Below the pieces are notes generated by a model. The model was not told the origin of the DNA. It searched no databases and saw only the letters and a program-made list of their open reading frames with translations. Positions 11,578-24,010 of a stretch of 41,483 bases of DNA are shown here, one piece after another (position 1 is the stretch's first letter; the number at the start of each line of letters is the position of its first letter). Both the position numbers and the translations under genes were made by a program. The DNA is from Ginkgo biloba (Eukaryota > Plantae > Ginkgophyta): assembly GCA_024626585.2 (NCBI GenBank), contig JANKJI020000002.1:136864749-136906231 (forward strand). The letters run 5' to 3'.

Positions 11578-13560
11578 TTGATACTATATTTGTATATTTG
11601 ATTAGGACAAAATCTAGGAACTCCTTCACATCTTAAGTTGATTCTGCCTTCCTTACAATGCCCACAATGAATTCATGAAAGTCTTGATTACCCTGTTCCT
11701 CTACTAATTCTAATTTCCTAAAGAACTAACTTATAAAATAATAAAGAATGGCCTTAAATTCTACCTCTGTGTAGATAGTATTGTTTTTCTTAACCACTTG
11801 AGGAAGCCCGACACTAACAAACAATGAAAGGATACTTTTAGAGGATAGTTTTAGATGGTTTTTTGAGGTCACCAATGGAGTATCTCCATCATATAAAAAT
11901 TATTTTAACTTGGCCAATACATTCTCACAAGTGACCACCTCATCTGATTTCAAAAGAGGGACATTGGATAGAAAATTTCTCTAAGCAACACTACCTAGGG
12001 ATGAAGATGCCCATGGAAAGGGTGGCGTAGGAGGTGTAAATGTAGGAGAACCCCATAAAATCATCTTAAGTGAAACAATAGGTGAAACCTTAATTATTGT
12101 TGATAAATTAAGATGAAGGGTTGTTCCCATTTCTAAACTCCTATGCCCTTCATCCCCTTTTACAATAGTGGTGGTNNNNNNNNNNNNNNNNNNNNNNNNN
12201 NNNNNNNNNNNNNGAGTAAGAGATGAAAAGGATATAGTAGTAACTACCTTAGTAGAGAGGGTATTTCTATATGAAAAATAGGTGAATGTAGGTGTGGTGG
12301 AGAGAATTAGAGTTGAAGTGGTGGGAGAATATAAAATGAGAGAAGTAGGAATAGGAAATAGTGGAATTGAAGGTTGAATGGTCACATGAGAGGACATAAC
12401 TGGTGCAGTACTAGAAGTTTGTTGGACAGGAGTTCTAAATTAAGTAGAGGTACTCTTACTCAGAAGAATAGTGGATGGGAACATACCTCCTAGTGTAGGA
12501 ACCTTAAAAATAGGAGGAGTGGCAATATTTGATATAACAACAACATAGGGTCCTGCTAAAAATGGATTTATAACATAGGAATCAAAATATAATGCAGTAA
12601 GGGAAGTATGAGTACTAACCATAGTTGTAGTGGCTGTTAAAGGTAGTTGAACCTAAAGTGATCCAATTGGAATCACACTTAGCAATTTTCACTTTATGAC
12701 TTCATTAGTTTCCTCTACCTCATTATCTCCTCTATGGGATTGAGACAAAGTGCCTTAGAAAGATTAATTCTTTCCTTTCCTAAGCTATAAATCCTCCCAA
12801 CTTTCAAGGAACAAGTATTACCGATCCTCTTCTAAGACTTGATGATAGTAGGTTATCCCAACATTATCTTGGATGTATGCCAAGTGTTGCCTCACTTTGT
12901 CATAAGAGTCCCAATATCTTAAGACTACTTTAGCTAGTAAATTCATCATTTCTACCTCCCTAGAAAACTTCTCTAGTGTACGCTAATTTTGGAAGTAGAC
13001 ATCACCTATCTTAAATGGGAGGTATTGATAGGGTCTTTGTTTCACCATCTTACATTTACTTGCCATACCATAGAAACACTATCTGTCCACCTCCAAAGTA
13101 ATCGGCCTGTCAGGAACATATGTTGGTAATGTAGTATGTGGGATAAGGGTTCCTTCTACTCTTATAATAGTGGCATATTTAAAATACCACCATACTCTAA
13201 TTGATTTTAAATCCTTCCTTACTGCTTCAGAAACTCTAGGCATGTCAGTTTTATTTATAGCTCTATAGATGGGGGGATAAAAATGAGTGCAAATCACAAT
13301 GATGTGATTACAATATTTATGCATAGAGAGTGCCCAAAATAACACATGGATGGGAGAATTGGATGCATATGTCCATGCAAGAAATAGTGGGTGATCAAAT
13401 TCAAGTAATTACAACATGCATCTACAATATAAGATGCCATAAAAAAATCCTTCCTTAGCCAGGCAATCTCCTAATTGGCCTATAGGTTGAAGGTAAGGAT
13501 CTCCGAGAGCTCTAGCTTCCTATCATTCATAATAATTTCCTTCAAAGAGGTACCTAATAT
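11578..13560 (-). mobile_element. Decayed uncharacterised retrotransposon accessory ORF: globular domain followed by an S/T/P-rich tract
   Basis: Motifs KDFFMASYIVDACC (~13411-13450), MPRVSEAVRKDLKSIRVWWYFKYATIIRVEG...LPTYVPDRPITLEV (ORF 13079..13345) and YLPFKIGDVYF. Homologous at protein level to 19740-20900. Confidence 0.6.
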
Positions 13561-13742
13561 TATTTCACATGATCGATGTTAGTAGAAAAATACAATCTAT
13601 TTAATAATAGCATCCCAATTTTGACTCCCCTCCTAAATTNNNNNNNNNNNNNNNNNNNNNNNNNNNNNNNNNNNNNNNNNNNNNNNNNNNNNNNNNNNNN
13701 NNNNNNNNNNNNNNNNNNNNNNNNNNNNNNNNNNNNNNNTAT

Positions 13743-14060
13743 GATGGAAAAAATTTAGTTAATAACACTCTATATAGATAATTGGTTGGAATTTTCATAT
13801 ACCTAACTAATATAAGGCCAGATATAGCCTATTCAATTAGAAAAGTTACGAGATATATGACTACTCAAAGATAGACACATTGTATAGCATAAAAAAGAAA
13901 TTTAAGATATATAAAAGGTACATTGGATAATGAAATTTGGCATACAGGTATAGGAATAGGTATAGGTATAGGTATAGGTACAAGTGAAGGTATAGGTATA
14001 GGTTTAACTGGATATATAGATACAGATTTAGCAAGCTCTTTAGGGGATAGGAAATCTACT
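13743..14060 (+). mobile_element. Ty1/copia RT C-terminus to RNase H start, decayed
   Basis: VNNTLYR*LVGIFIYLTNIRPDIAYSI...KRNLRYIKGTLDNEIWH...LTGYIDTDLASSLGDRKST matches copia YRQLVGSLxYL..TRPDI, KRILRYIKGT and GYTDADWAG..DRKST. Confidence 0.92.
13947..14003 (+). repeat. (GGTATA)n hexamer repeat, in frame (Gly-Ile)n, in the copia RT-RNase H linker
   Basis: Directly visible. The reading frame is preserved on both sides. Confidence 0.9.
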
Positions 14061-14564
14061 TTTTGTATTTTTCAAGTTCTGGATATATTTCTTTAGAGGA
14101 TAGGTACCAATAATTAAGGTATGTTCATATTTTTATTTTTGTTTATTTTATGAAAGTTGTGATACTTATATTATTTTTAGAATAATATGATGTTCACAAA
14201 CCCTCAAGTATGAGGGGCTTCTTAAATATTCCATATAGAGATTAGAGTCACTTCAAAGGTTGAGATAAAAGGATCTTGCTTCTTCATCAAGCTATGTAAT
14301 CTATAAATAAGATCTTTACTAATGAAAAATATAGTGCAAGTGAGAAAGTACAAGAGTACAAGCAAGCCTAGCTATCTTCCAAAGTGGTTTTTCCCATATT
14401 GGGATTCCACTATATATCTTATGTCATTGTCTATTATGGATAAATGTGAATTATGTATGTTCATGTTCATGTGTATGGTTTATTATTTATTCGTTATTAT
14501 TATTTTTATTATTATGAGCATCTAACCTGTATGCACAATAAGGAAGCCACAAATATCTAAGAAA

Positions 14565-14578
14565 TGGTATGAAGACCA
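14565..14578 (+). other. Possible degenerate tRNA-Met PBS after an LTR-like stretch
   Basis: TGGTATGAAGACCA resembles TGGTATCAGAGCCA and follows an LTR-like segment containing ctataaata (14301). Confidence 0.3.
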
Positions 14579-16078
14579 TATTCTAATTTTTACAATTGTA
14601 TGTATAGAAGTGGTTACAAAAAATATGGTGGAGGAGACTCTCCCTTCCTAAAATCACATCACAATAAAAGAAGTTATTGATGGTGCAAAGAGAAGAATTT
14701 CTCTTATTCTAGTTGGAGCAACTAAAGAGATGAATATTGGAATTATAATAGTATCCATTATCATTGGACATAAGTAATACTATAATATAGGATTTATANN
14801 NNNNNNNNNNNNNNNNNNNNNNNNNNNNNNNNNNNNNNNNNNNNNNNNNNNNNNNNNNNNNNNNNNNNNNNNNNNNNNNNNNNNNNNNNNNNNNNNNNCC
14901 TTACATTTAACAATTTACCTCTAAGAGGGAACATGCCATAGTGGTTTCGACCATTAACAACCAACCCTGCCATCTAAGGAAAAACCATAAAAATAATATA
15001 AAAATAAAATGAATTGATAGTATTTCATTTAATGTTAGTATTATTTTATTATATACAACAAGAACTTACAAAAATGGATTTAGTTAAATTTGAATCTCCT
15101 TCTAGGGNNNNNNNNNNNNNNNNNNNNNNNNNNNNNNNNNNNNNNNNNNNNNNNNNNNNNNNNNNNNNNNNNNNNNNNNNNNNNNNNNNNNNNNNNNNNN
15201 NNNNNNNNNNNNNNNNNNNAGGTTATAAAATTTTCAATATGTTGGGGATACATTGAGATACAAACCTATTCAAATCAGAGAAGGCATTGCTAGTGGTGGA
15301 GATAGACATAAAATAGAACCTGTTACTCTATCAAACACCACAATTTTATAAAAAATCTAAGACTTATTGATTTAAAAGTGGATAAACTCAATGATGATAT
15401 AAAAAATTATATTAAAGGGTTAGTTACTATAGAGAGTAGGTGTTTGGGCATGGAGCTAGTCAAATTATGTTTTATGATAGTTGCACCAAGCAAAGGGATC
15501 CTGGAAAAAACACCATTGATTGAAATAGGATTATTGGGTTTATAGACCATGTTTAAGATATAAAGAACACAATCATAAACAATAAAAATATATATTATAT
15601 GATTAATTACCCACCATTCTAAATTATTTCCAATAGCTCCATTATTTTACAACAATATCTATTCAAATCCTCTTCCCTCAATTTGGTTTCGTTTGAGCTT
15701 ATTTCTTGGATCCTCTTCCCTCAAATTAGTTTTGTTTGATCTTATTTATATTATGGGTAAAGGAATATATATAGAGAACTAAGCACAAAATGTAAGTTGA
15801 TTTCTTTATGAGTAGAGGAATATAGACACTAATACAATAAAAAAATGCACAAGATAATTTTAGAGAAGAAAATAAACTTAAAGGAGTTGGATAAATGAAT
15901 AATATATTCTCTTTGTATATTTTTCACATTACATAGGAATAAAGAGATAAAGGAAATTTTTAAAATTTTTAGGTGAATNNNNNNNNNNNNNNNNNNNNNN
16001 NNNNNNNNNNNNNNNNNNNNNNNNNNNNNNNNNNNNNNNNNNNNNNNNNNNNNNNNNNNNNNNNNNNNNNNNNNNNNN

Positions 16079-17258
16079 ACAAAAACTGCAATCACTGCAT
16101 GCAAATGTTGCATAGAAAAACTAATGATACTAACGTTAAAACTGCATAATAAAGCTAATGATATATTAATGATATACAAAAGCATTAATGACTTACATGT
16201 CAATGCTGCACATAAACGAATGCATAAGAATATTACATATCCGCAAAAATGTTAAAAGCCAAACTAAGAATGTTAGAGATCTGCAAGCTATTGATATTCG
16301 GTTACACGTATAACAGGTAGAACGCAAGAGACGTTGGCTTGACGTTACACAAGAAAATCAATGGGTAAACACCGAGGACATTGGCTTGAGCATACGTTGG
16401 CTGGACATTGTGTTTGCAGGTATCAGAGTATGACACCGAGGGCAAAAAAACAAACCATTATGACTATGCAGACCCGCGGTGCCTAGGAGATCCCGTTTGT
16501 GAAGTAACAGAGTGGAAGCATCGAACTGTAGGACAGAAACGTTGATGATAAAATGCTGTAAACAAAGTGAACTGCTCAAAGCAGAACTATGGACGCAGAA
16601 TGTATATGCAAAATGTTGATTCAATGCTGATAGTGTCTCGGTAACGCTATAACATCTCCGATTGGTCAAATGCTGTCAAACTCTGTGTTCGAATAGAAAC
16701 AATAGATAGAACATTGTGTTCACTGGCTTGATAAATTATTATGCTATAGAACGTCGGCACGTTAAAATGCTGATTAAAAAAAATGACTGGGGGAAACGTT
16801 GCAATGCTATCAAGCAAAAGTATTAATTGGCATATGCAAAAGTATGTTATCAAGCCAAAGTATGGGCTTCGAGTAGGTTCTGACTTTATGAGCAACCTTT
16901 TGGATACGCAGCACTACGGAGAAATCGGCTTTAGTGACTCGCTTACTGCATAGAAGCTTCTGATACCGCAGAGAACGCACAACAGATCGCGTATAAAGAA
17001 ATTTTCTTTGTTAGTAAACGTCTGATGCGACCTAGAAGGAAAAACGCAGTGAATAGACAGTAGGAAAAATACAGTTTTGCCAATCAGAACTAGATAGCAA
17101 CAACAAATCGATAAACACCAATTCGTCGTATTAATGAACTATAGGATTAAAAAAAATGCAAATGGGTATAGTTCCACCGGGCGTGCCAAATAAATGCACC
17201 TAGATCTAAAACATGTAGAAACTGAAAAACAAGCAAACAATTTCTTCTAAATCCAACT
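16079..17258 (-). mobile_element. Leader, PBS and LTR end of a young Tat-type LTR retrotransposon
   Basis: Minus strand ...CTAGGTGCA-TTTATT-TGGCACGCCCGGTGGAAC. The segment retains many CpGs, unlike its flanks. Confidence 0.7.
17171..17188 (-). other. Primer-binding site, tRNA-Arg type
   Basis: TGGCACGCCCGGTGGAAC is near-complementary to the 3' end of plant tRNA-Arg(UCU). Arg primers are typical of Tat-lineage elements. Confidence 0.75.
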
Positions 17259-17358
17259 NNNNNNNNNNNNNNNNNNNNNNNNNNNNNNNNNNNNNNNNNN
17301 NNNNNNNNNNNNNNNNNNNNNNNNNNNNNNNNNNNNNNNNNNNNNNNNNNNNNNNNNN

Positions 17359-17671
17359 GAAGGGGGGAGACTTGTTATGAACCCCGATTATCTCTTTCTT
17401 ATTCTCTCTATGTAATATTCCTTCTATTATAATTATCCCACATGTATTAGTTAGTCAAATGTTGGGATTAGGAGTTCCTATGTATATATCAAATGTAATT
17501 CAAGGAGGGTAGATCGTGAATTTTCTATTACATGTATTGGGAGGTTACCACCCTTAAAGTGGAAGTTAATACAATCATCTTGTGTAATTTGCACTATTTA
17601 AATTTTTTTGTTCTCTTTCTTGTGCATATTTTACATTTATTATTGTAGGTTTACTACAGGCCTACATAACA
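17359..17671 (+). mobile_element. Polypurine tract (17359-17370) plus complete 299-bp 3' LTR (17373-17671)
   Basis: GAAGGGGGGAGA followed by TGTTATG...CATAACA, a perfect 7-bp terminal inverted repeat with TG...CA ends. Confidence 0.85.
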
Positions 17672-19580
17672 GATTTATTTTTGTTTCTATATGCAATCTT
17701 TAGATCAAAAAATGAGGCACATTCTGAAGAAAAAGGGATTAAATGATCTAACCAATGGCTTGGCTACTACTAGGAGGATTAAGAATAACCTTATTGAGTC
17801 AAAAAAAAGGGAGATATTAGTTGGAGTATCAATAAAAATTGAAGAGAATGATTCATACCCTATCTCTAAGACACTAAAGACTCTAAGGATATTACAATCT
17901 CTCAGTAATGAGGTGACTTCCTTGAAGAGGCAAGTCAATGAAAATAAAAATCCCATGTTCCAACCAAACCATAATAGATTCCAAGTTCCTAATCAACAAA
18001 CATGACCAAGAATGATTGTTCCTCCTACTAATGTCGAATATTTTTATTATATATTTTGTTAAGAGGATCATCCAAAGGAAACTTGTTTGAATTTCTTTTT
18101 CTTCAACAAGTTAACTCTCTAGTCTGTTGAGAAGGTTGAGCCAAGTACTTTAGGTACTAACATCATGTCTATAGCCAGTTGGATCTAATCTAACTTGATA
18201 ATTATTGAGACAATTATTGAAAAAGAAATAATAGCAGATATATTTGTATAGACTAGAAGTAAATCTCAACTATCTCAATAAAATAATAAGTCATAGTAAG
18301 ATCATGGAAAAGGAAGAACTCAACTTGGTCCAAAAAATAATACTTCTCAAGAACCACCTTCCACTTTTGGGTCTCAAACAACTCATCAAGAGATACTTTT
18401 CTACCAAAGGCCCTCATAATTCAAAATATTTATGAATACTCCTTCACTAGAGTATAATATAGTTCATGACCTAGCCAAATATCTAGATAATATATCATTA
18501 ACAGATACACTCAATACCCTAGCTTAAATGGAGAATTTAAAAGGAGCTTTGATAGGAGACACCACTACTCCAACATTAGTAGTAATGAGAGAGTAGGTTA
18601 TCTAGGTATTTCAAAATCTTTCAGTCTATGTGTCTTTATGAATACATTATTTTGTGCTTCATAATTGGATAATAGACATAGGGGTAGCCCATAATATCAT
18701 GCCATATATTATTATGAAGAGATTGAGCTTGGAGTGCACTCAAACTTTTAAATCGATAAAAATAATTGGAGAGATCTCAGACTTGTGCATACAAATTTAT
18801 TTTTCCCCTCAACTCACAATGGTAGTGAATGTGATTATTGTTGAGTTACTTGAGGCCTATGCCATTCCATTGGGGAGATATTGGATATCATCTCTTGGAG
18901 GTATTATGAGTTAGACAGGACTTTCATGATGATCCCTCATCAACACAAATTGATTCGAGTTGAAAGGGAATTCAATCATAAACTCCATATAGAAGGATCA
19001 TAATAGGATGGTGCAGAAGTATGTATTTATTATTTAGGCCCAAGAACTTATATGTTGCTAGCCACATTAGATCTAACGAATGGTGTCTAGCCAATCCTAA
19101 AAATTAAAGAAGTTGGCCTTTGGAGGATGATGTTTGACAGGGTGAGATATAAGCTAGGTGCAAGTGTTAGGATTATCCTGGAAGAACTTAGTTGGAAAAT
19201 TCACCCATTATTATATAATACAAAGTTATCATCTATTTGTATGGATCAAAACAAGCAATTGTTGTAGCTCTATTATAGAAGGATGATGACAATCATGAAT
19301 GACCTATCACCTTTATGAGTAAATTCCTAAAGGATTATGAGTTGAAGTATTCAAAATTCGAAAGGAAAGCATACTTGTTGGTCAAATCCATCAAAGAAGT
19401 TTGATCATACATATTGATGAATCACATTGTGGCATATGTGCCCTTAACTATAGTTAAATTAATGTTGAATTAGTAAGAGTTGAGCAAAAAATAGGCAAAT
19501 TGGGCAGCTAAGATTCAAGAGTATGATTTAGATGTGAGGCCTAGAAAAATTGTTAAAGTCTAAGGACTATACAAGTTGGA
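17672..19580 (+). mobile_element. Decayed Tat-lineage Ty3/gypsy internal region: gag, zinc knuckle, protease, archaeal-type RNase H fragment, (RT missing), RNase H
   Basis: gag FYMQSLDQKMRHILKKK; knuckle YIFC*EDHPKETC (~18050-18086); protease LHNWIIDIGVAHNIMP (ORF 18654..18914); aRH LWRMMFDRVRYKLGASVRIIL (19118-19207); RH E*PITFMSKFLKDYELKYSKFERKAYLLVK...WAAKIQEYDLDVRPRKIVKV*GL (19225-19578). Confidence 0.9.
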
Positions 19581-19739
19581 AACATAATTTCTTGTGGAAG
19601 CATATTTGTAAGAAGGATTTCACGTAAGGANNNNNNNNNNNNNNNNNNNNNNNNNNNNNNNNNNNNNNNNNNNNNNNNNNNNNNNNNNNNNNNNNNNNNN
19701 NNNNNNNNNNNNNNNNNNNNNNNNNNNNNNTAAAAAAAA

Positions 19740-20900
19740 AATCCTCTAGATTATATTTTTGTGGCCTAACTTCTCTTAATCTAATCTCTTAAATTTCTTT
19801 TGCATTGGCTCTTGCCTACCCAATGTCCATTAGTATGAAATCCCCAAACTTGAGAGAGAAAGAGTGAAAATATTCTTTCTTCCATATCTAGGATACTTTT
19901 GCATGTATGGATTGGGATTTGTTGACATACTTCATATAACACAATTTGATCATCTACATATTTTGGTAGATGATATGGTATACCTTCAAACTATATAAAC
20001 ACACATAGGTATATTCTTTCTCTAGCTAATAGTCTCTGATACCTCTTAATGCCTCTTTGGCAATGTTACTCACCCTTGGTGGCTCAAGATTCTCTAAAAG
20101 GAAAAATACCCTATAAAAAAATTTATCATTCACCTGGTAGAATTATTTCTTGTACTTCTCCTTTTAAATTTTAGGGAACCAAAATGGAGTTAATAACCCT
20201 TTCTCTTATTTATTTATATGGTTACAAGGGAAACCTAGAAAATTCTAAGAGATAATAAGATCATAAATCACATAAAAATACATAAAAATTTGGTTGGACC
20301 TTGTCATCTATGCTAATTGATGAGCTATGGTTCCACTAATAAGGTTTTCCCAATGAAATATCTGCCCCTTTTAACTAACCTAATAAATAAGGTATACTAT
20401 GTAGTGATATACTTTTTCAATGTCTTTTTTGCTAAATACTTTTCTCAAAAATGTGATTATATCCTTATATTCCCTTTATAATTTTCTAATTTCATAATGG
20501 GATTTCCTTATAGGACTCACAACAGGCTCATTTCTCCAAGAATTTATTAATTTTGGGATTGAGCATAATTCTAATAAATCTCCTTACCTTCTCAAAATAA
20601 AATTGTTCATCTAAAATAATCAATTCTAACATTTTATGAAAAAACTCCAAGGTTATGGGAAAAATACCTATATTTTAGTAGTGTATAATATTCTCCTAAC
20701 TAATCCATACCTTACCTGCACCCATTCTATCAATTCCTGACATGACATCACATTAGGGATAATTGTTGCTTTCACTAGATAGGATATCCATAAGAGGTTA
20801 TTCCCTCTCTTTTTATTTTCCATTTGAATTAAACCCTCATACATAGGTCTAAATTTAAATCAGCATATATCCAAAGAATCTCGAATCTCCACCACTAGGA
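19740..20900 (-). mobile_element. Second, highly diverged member of the accessory ORF family seen at 12.7-13.5 kb, antisense to the adjacent pol
   Basis: FHWENLISGTIAHQLA*MTRSNQIFMYFYVIY, then EPPRVSNIAKEALRGIRDY*LEKEYTYVCLY/FEGIPYHLPKYVDDQIVLYEVCQ and FSLKFGDF, in the same motif order as the 13 kb copy. Confidence 0.6.
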
Positions 20901-23210
20901 AAGCTATTATACATTTACATCCTTGCTCCTCCCACACTCCTTTTGTCCATGATAAGCAACTTGATATTGAGAAATACTCAATATCCTTTGAAATAATGGA
21001 TTTCTACAAAAAACTTTTCTCTACTTTTTCTTCTTTTATTCTCCTTTGAATTTGTGAATTACTTTACAAGAAATGATTGACTTTATAATAGTAAAATCTT
21101 ATAGGATTAGCAAATAAATGAGCCAATTTCTTTGAATTAGAGGGATGTCAATTCACCACCTTGATAATTAAATCCACATTATGCTAATTAATATGTTTAA
21201 AATATAAGATGATCCTTATGCCTAACTTGGTAAAATGTGTGAGGTGGTGATTCGTTAGGGAAAACCATTAGTCTTATGTCACCATGTGTCTTCATGTAAA
21301 ATAGGTGGTCCCCACCTTCCTTCACCCTTTTGTGCTTCAATCGATCAATAAAATGACCATACTAAGTCAATGATAATCCTTCATCATAGTCAAGAACTCA
21401 ATCTCCCATTAATTTTAATATATTCCTTTTTTAGATCTACGAGACCTCAAGGAAATTAAAATCAGTTCATAGAATTCAAGGTGCCTTCTCAAAACTTTAA
21501 TTTTTAGAGCCATTACAAAAGAAAATCTAAAATAATTATTAATATGGATGTGTAGTTTGGTCAGGTTTGTGTGTTCAAAATTCATTTGTAACTTTAACCT
21601 TTAAGGGGCCCCAACCTTTAGACTCTAATATGCCTTTATAAATCCATCATTCAAATTTCATTTATTTTATTTGTCAACTCAACTCTGTGAGCTTTCAAAA
21701 ATGTATAATTGATTATTAAAACACTCACTTTATTTTTTTGTGATTATGAAACTCAATTTTTGTTTCAACATACTTTCGTCAATAGTACTTCATAAAAGTG
21801 TTATCTTGTTTGTATCCGAGAATCATTACTCCAAAAATATATCTTTAGAGAATTAAAGATTGAAGGAAATTAGTTACTAAATGCATGAAATGTCCCAACA
21901 ATCTCATCCTGTAACAACCAAAAAATATAACTATTGAGTGATTAACAAGATTATGAGGAGTCAAAGTTAATAATTGACTCAAAACTAAAAAAAATTAAGT
22001 TTGTTGATTGTGCGATGTGGTTATTCTTAATTACATTGATACAATTATCCAATCCTTTCTCAAGATTAATATGGTTTAAGTATAATCTAAACACATAGTA
22101 ATTGGCTATATTAATGTGGCCCTATTTATGGGTCAGTAGTCTTTAACTTTATAGCAACCTTTAAATATTAGACATGATTTGTGTCATTGATTCCATTGTA
22201 AGACTTATCTTTTCAATTTCTCATATCCTACAGTATGCTTGGCATGTATGAAAAGACATCCTATCAATGCCAATTTGAAAGGAAATATTTTGCATGAAGT
22301 TATAAAAGATATGCTTTAAAAAAATGGTTGTTAGACTAGAGATTATGATATCTACATACCCACAAGGGGTACTCTTTACCCTGAAGGCCTTCTTATTAGC
22401 CCATAAATGGGGCCACACTTATGGGAACAACTATCACAAGATCAAATAAGGTTTGAAGCATATCATCCAAAGAAAAGATTATAAAATCATTCCAATATGA
22501 CTAAGAAGAGTTACACCACCCAATCAAAACACTTGAATCCTTCATTTTTAAGTTAATAATCAACTTCTACATCTACGATGACTCATTTGGTTGAAATCAC
22601 ACTAATCTCATACTTTGATTATTGTAGGTTGAAGTTATTAGTGCGTCGCATGAAGTTGGTAATCGACTACCTTCAATTTTTTTCCCTAAGAAATATGCAA
22701 TTTTGAAAGGATGATTCTCAGACCTGAATAAAAAATGCATATTTATGATGTCTTGTTGGTGGTGGTGAGTTGGAAGAAATATCATATTCTAAAATTTTTA
22801 AAACATAAAAAAAAATTGATAATAATGACTTATGGAACCTTGGGGATCTAAAGGCAACCTGTAGAACCGAGTTGAGATGTTAAAACTTATAAAGTTTGGG
22901 TATCACATTCATAATTGAGGTTGTACTATGTTGATTATATTTTGAGGGTTAGAAACCTCTTAATGATCAAGTTAGAGATGACTTGGTACATACATAACCA
23001 ACTAGATTATATATTCATATTAATACAAATTTGAATCTACATTCACTAATGACTCAAGAAGTTAGATATTGGGGGATGGATCTCGTGATCCATGATGTGG
23101 ATTTTTGTTTNNNNNNNNNNNNNNNNNNNNNNNNNNNNNNNNNNNNNNNNNNNNNNNNNNNNNNNNNNNNNNNNNNNNNNNNNNNNNNNNNNNNNNNNNN
23201 NNNNNNNNNN

Positions 23211-23262
23211 TATATATTTATATATATTTACATATACATATATATATACATATACATATATG
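23211..23262. repeat. (TA)n/(TACA)n microsatellite
   Basis: Directly visible, adjacent to a gap. Confidence 0.85.
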
Positions 23263-23401
23263 TGAATGAACATATTTAATAAATATGGATTCTTTGTTAA
23301 AATAATTGAAAAGAATGAAGTATTTTATTATGTGATTATTTTCTCCTTAAATATGATTATTTTAGTGCATATAATTTTCTTAAATTAAGTCAAAGTTTTG
23401 G

Positions 23402-24010
23402 AGATCTAAGTTTTAGTAAATACTCCTATGAGAATAATGCCTTCATATATAATATGAAAGCCTTTTTTATTAGAAGTAACCTTATTTAGTCTATATTTAA
23501 CGAGTTATGTACTTGTAAATTAAATGATTGCATTCAATGAATATTTAACGAATGAATAGTTTTTTAATTGAATTTAATTATCTTGTAGCATATATTTTAT
23601 AAGAAATCATATTCAAAATTGACAAGCTTAGATTTCATGCTTTGTTATTCGACATTTATAATCATTTTTTTTTTTTTTTTTTTTTGGCAGTGCATAAAAC
23701 TTTATTTCAGTTGATTTAGTTAAATTTTCCCACTTATTTTGAGTTCTTAGTTGTATTATATTGAAGGCATAAAAAATTTATTTTAGATGATCATACTAAA
23801 TAATTATACTTTAAAAATTATTATTATAATTTATATGCTAATGAATGTTTCTATTTTAATTTTCCTTTAATGGTTAGTGCTCATTTTTAATGTTTACTTA
23901 TGTGAAAATGAATGTTTTAAATGCTACTTTAGATGATCATGCCATATATAGCTATCACCCCATACAAATAATATCCAATGAATATCAAATGTTTATTATT
24001 ATTAGATTTT
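23402..24010 (+). repeat. Duplicated block part a, copy 1 (partner 38492-39100)
   Basis: Colinear alignment, e.g. tatgagaataatgccttcatatataatatg and tacttatgtgaaaatgaatgttttaaat in both copies. Confidence 0.9.
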
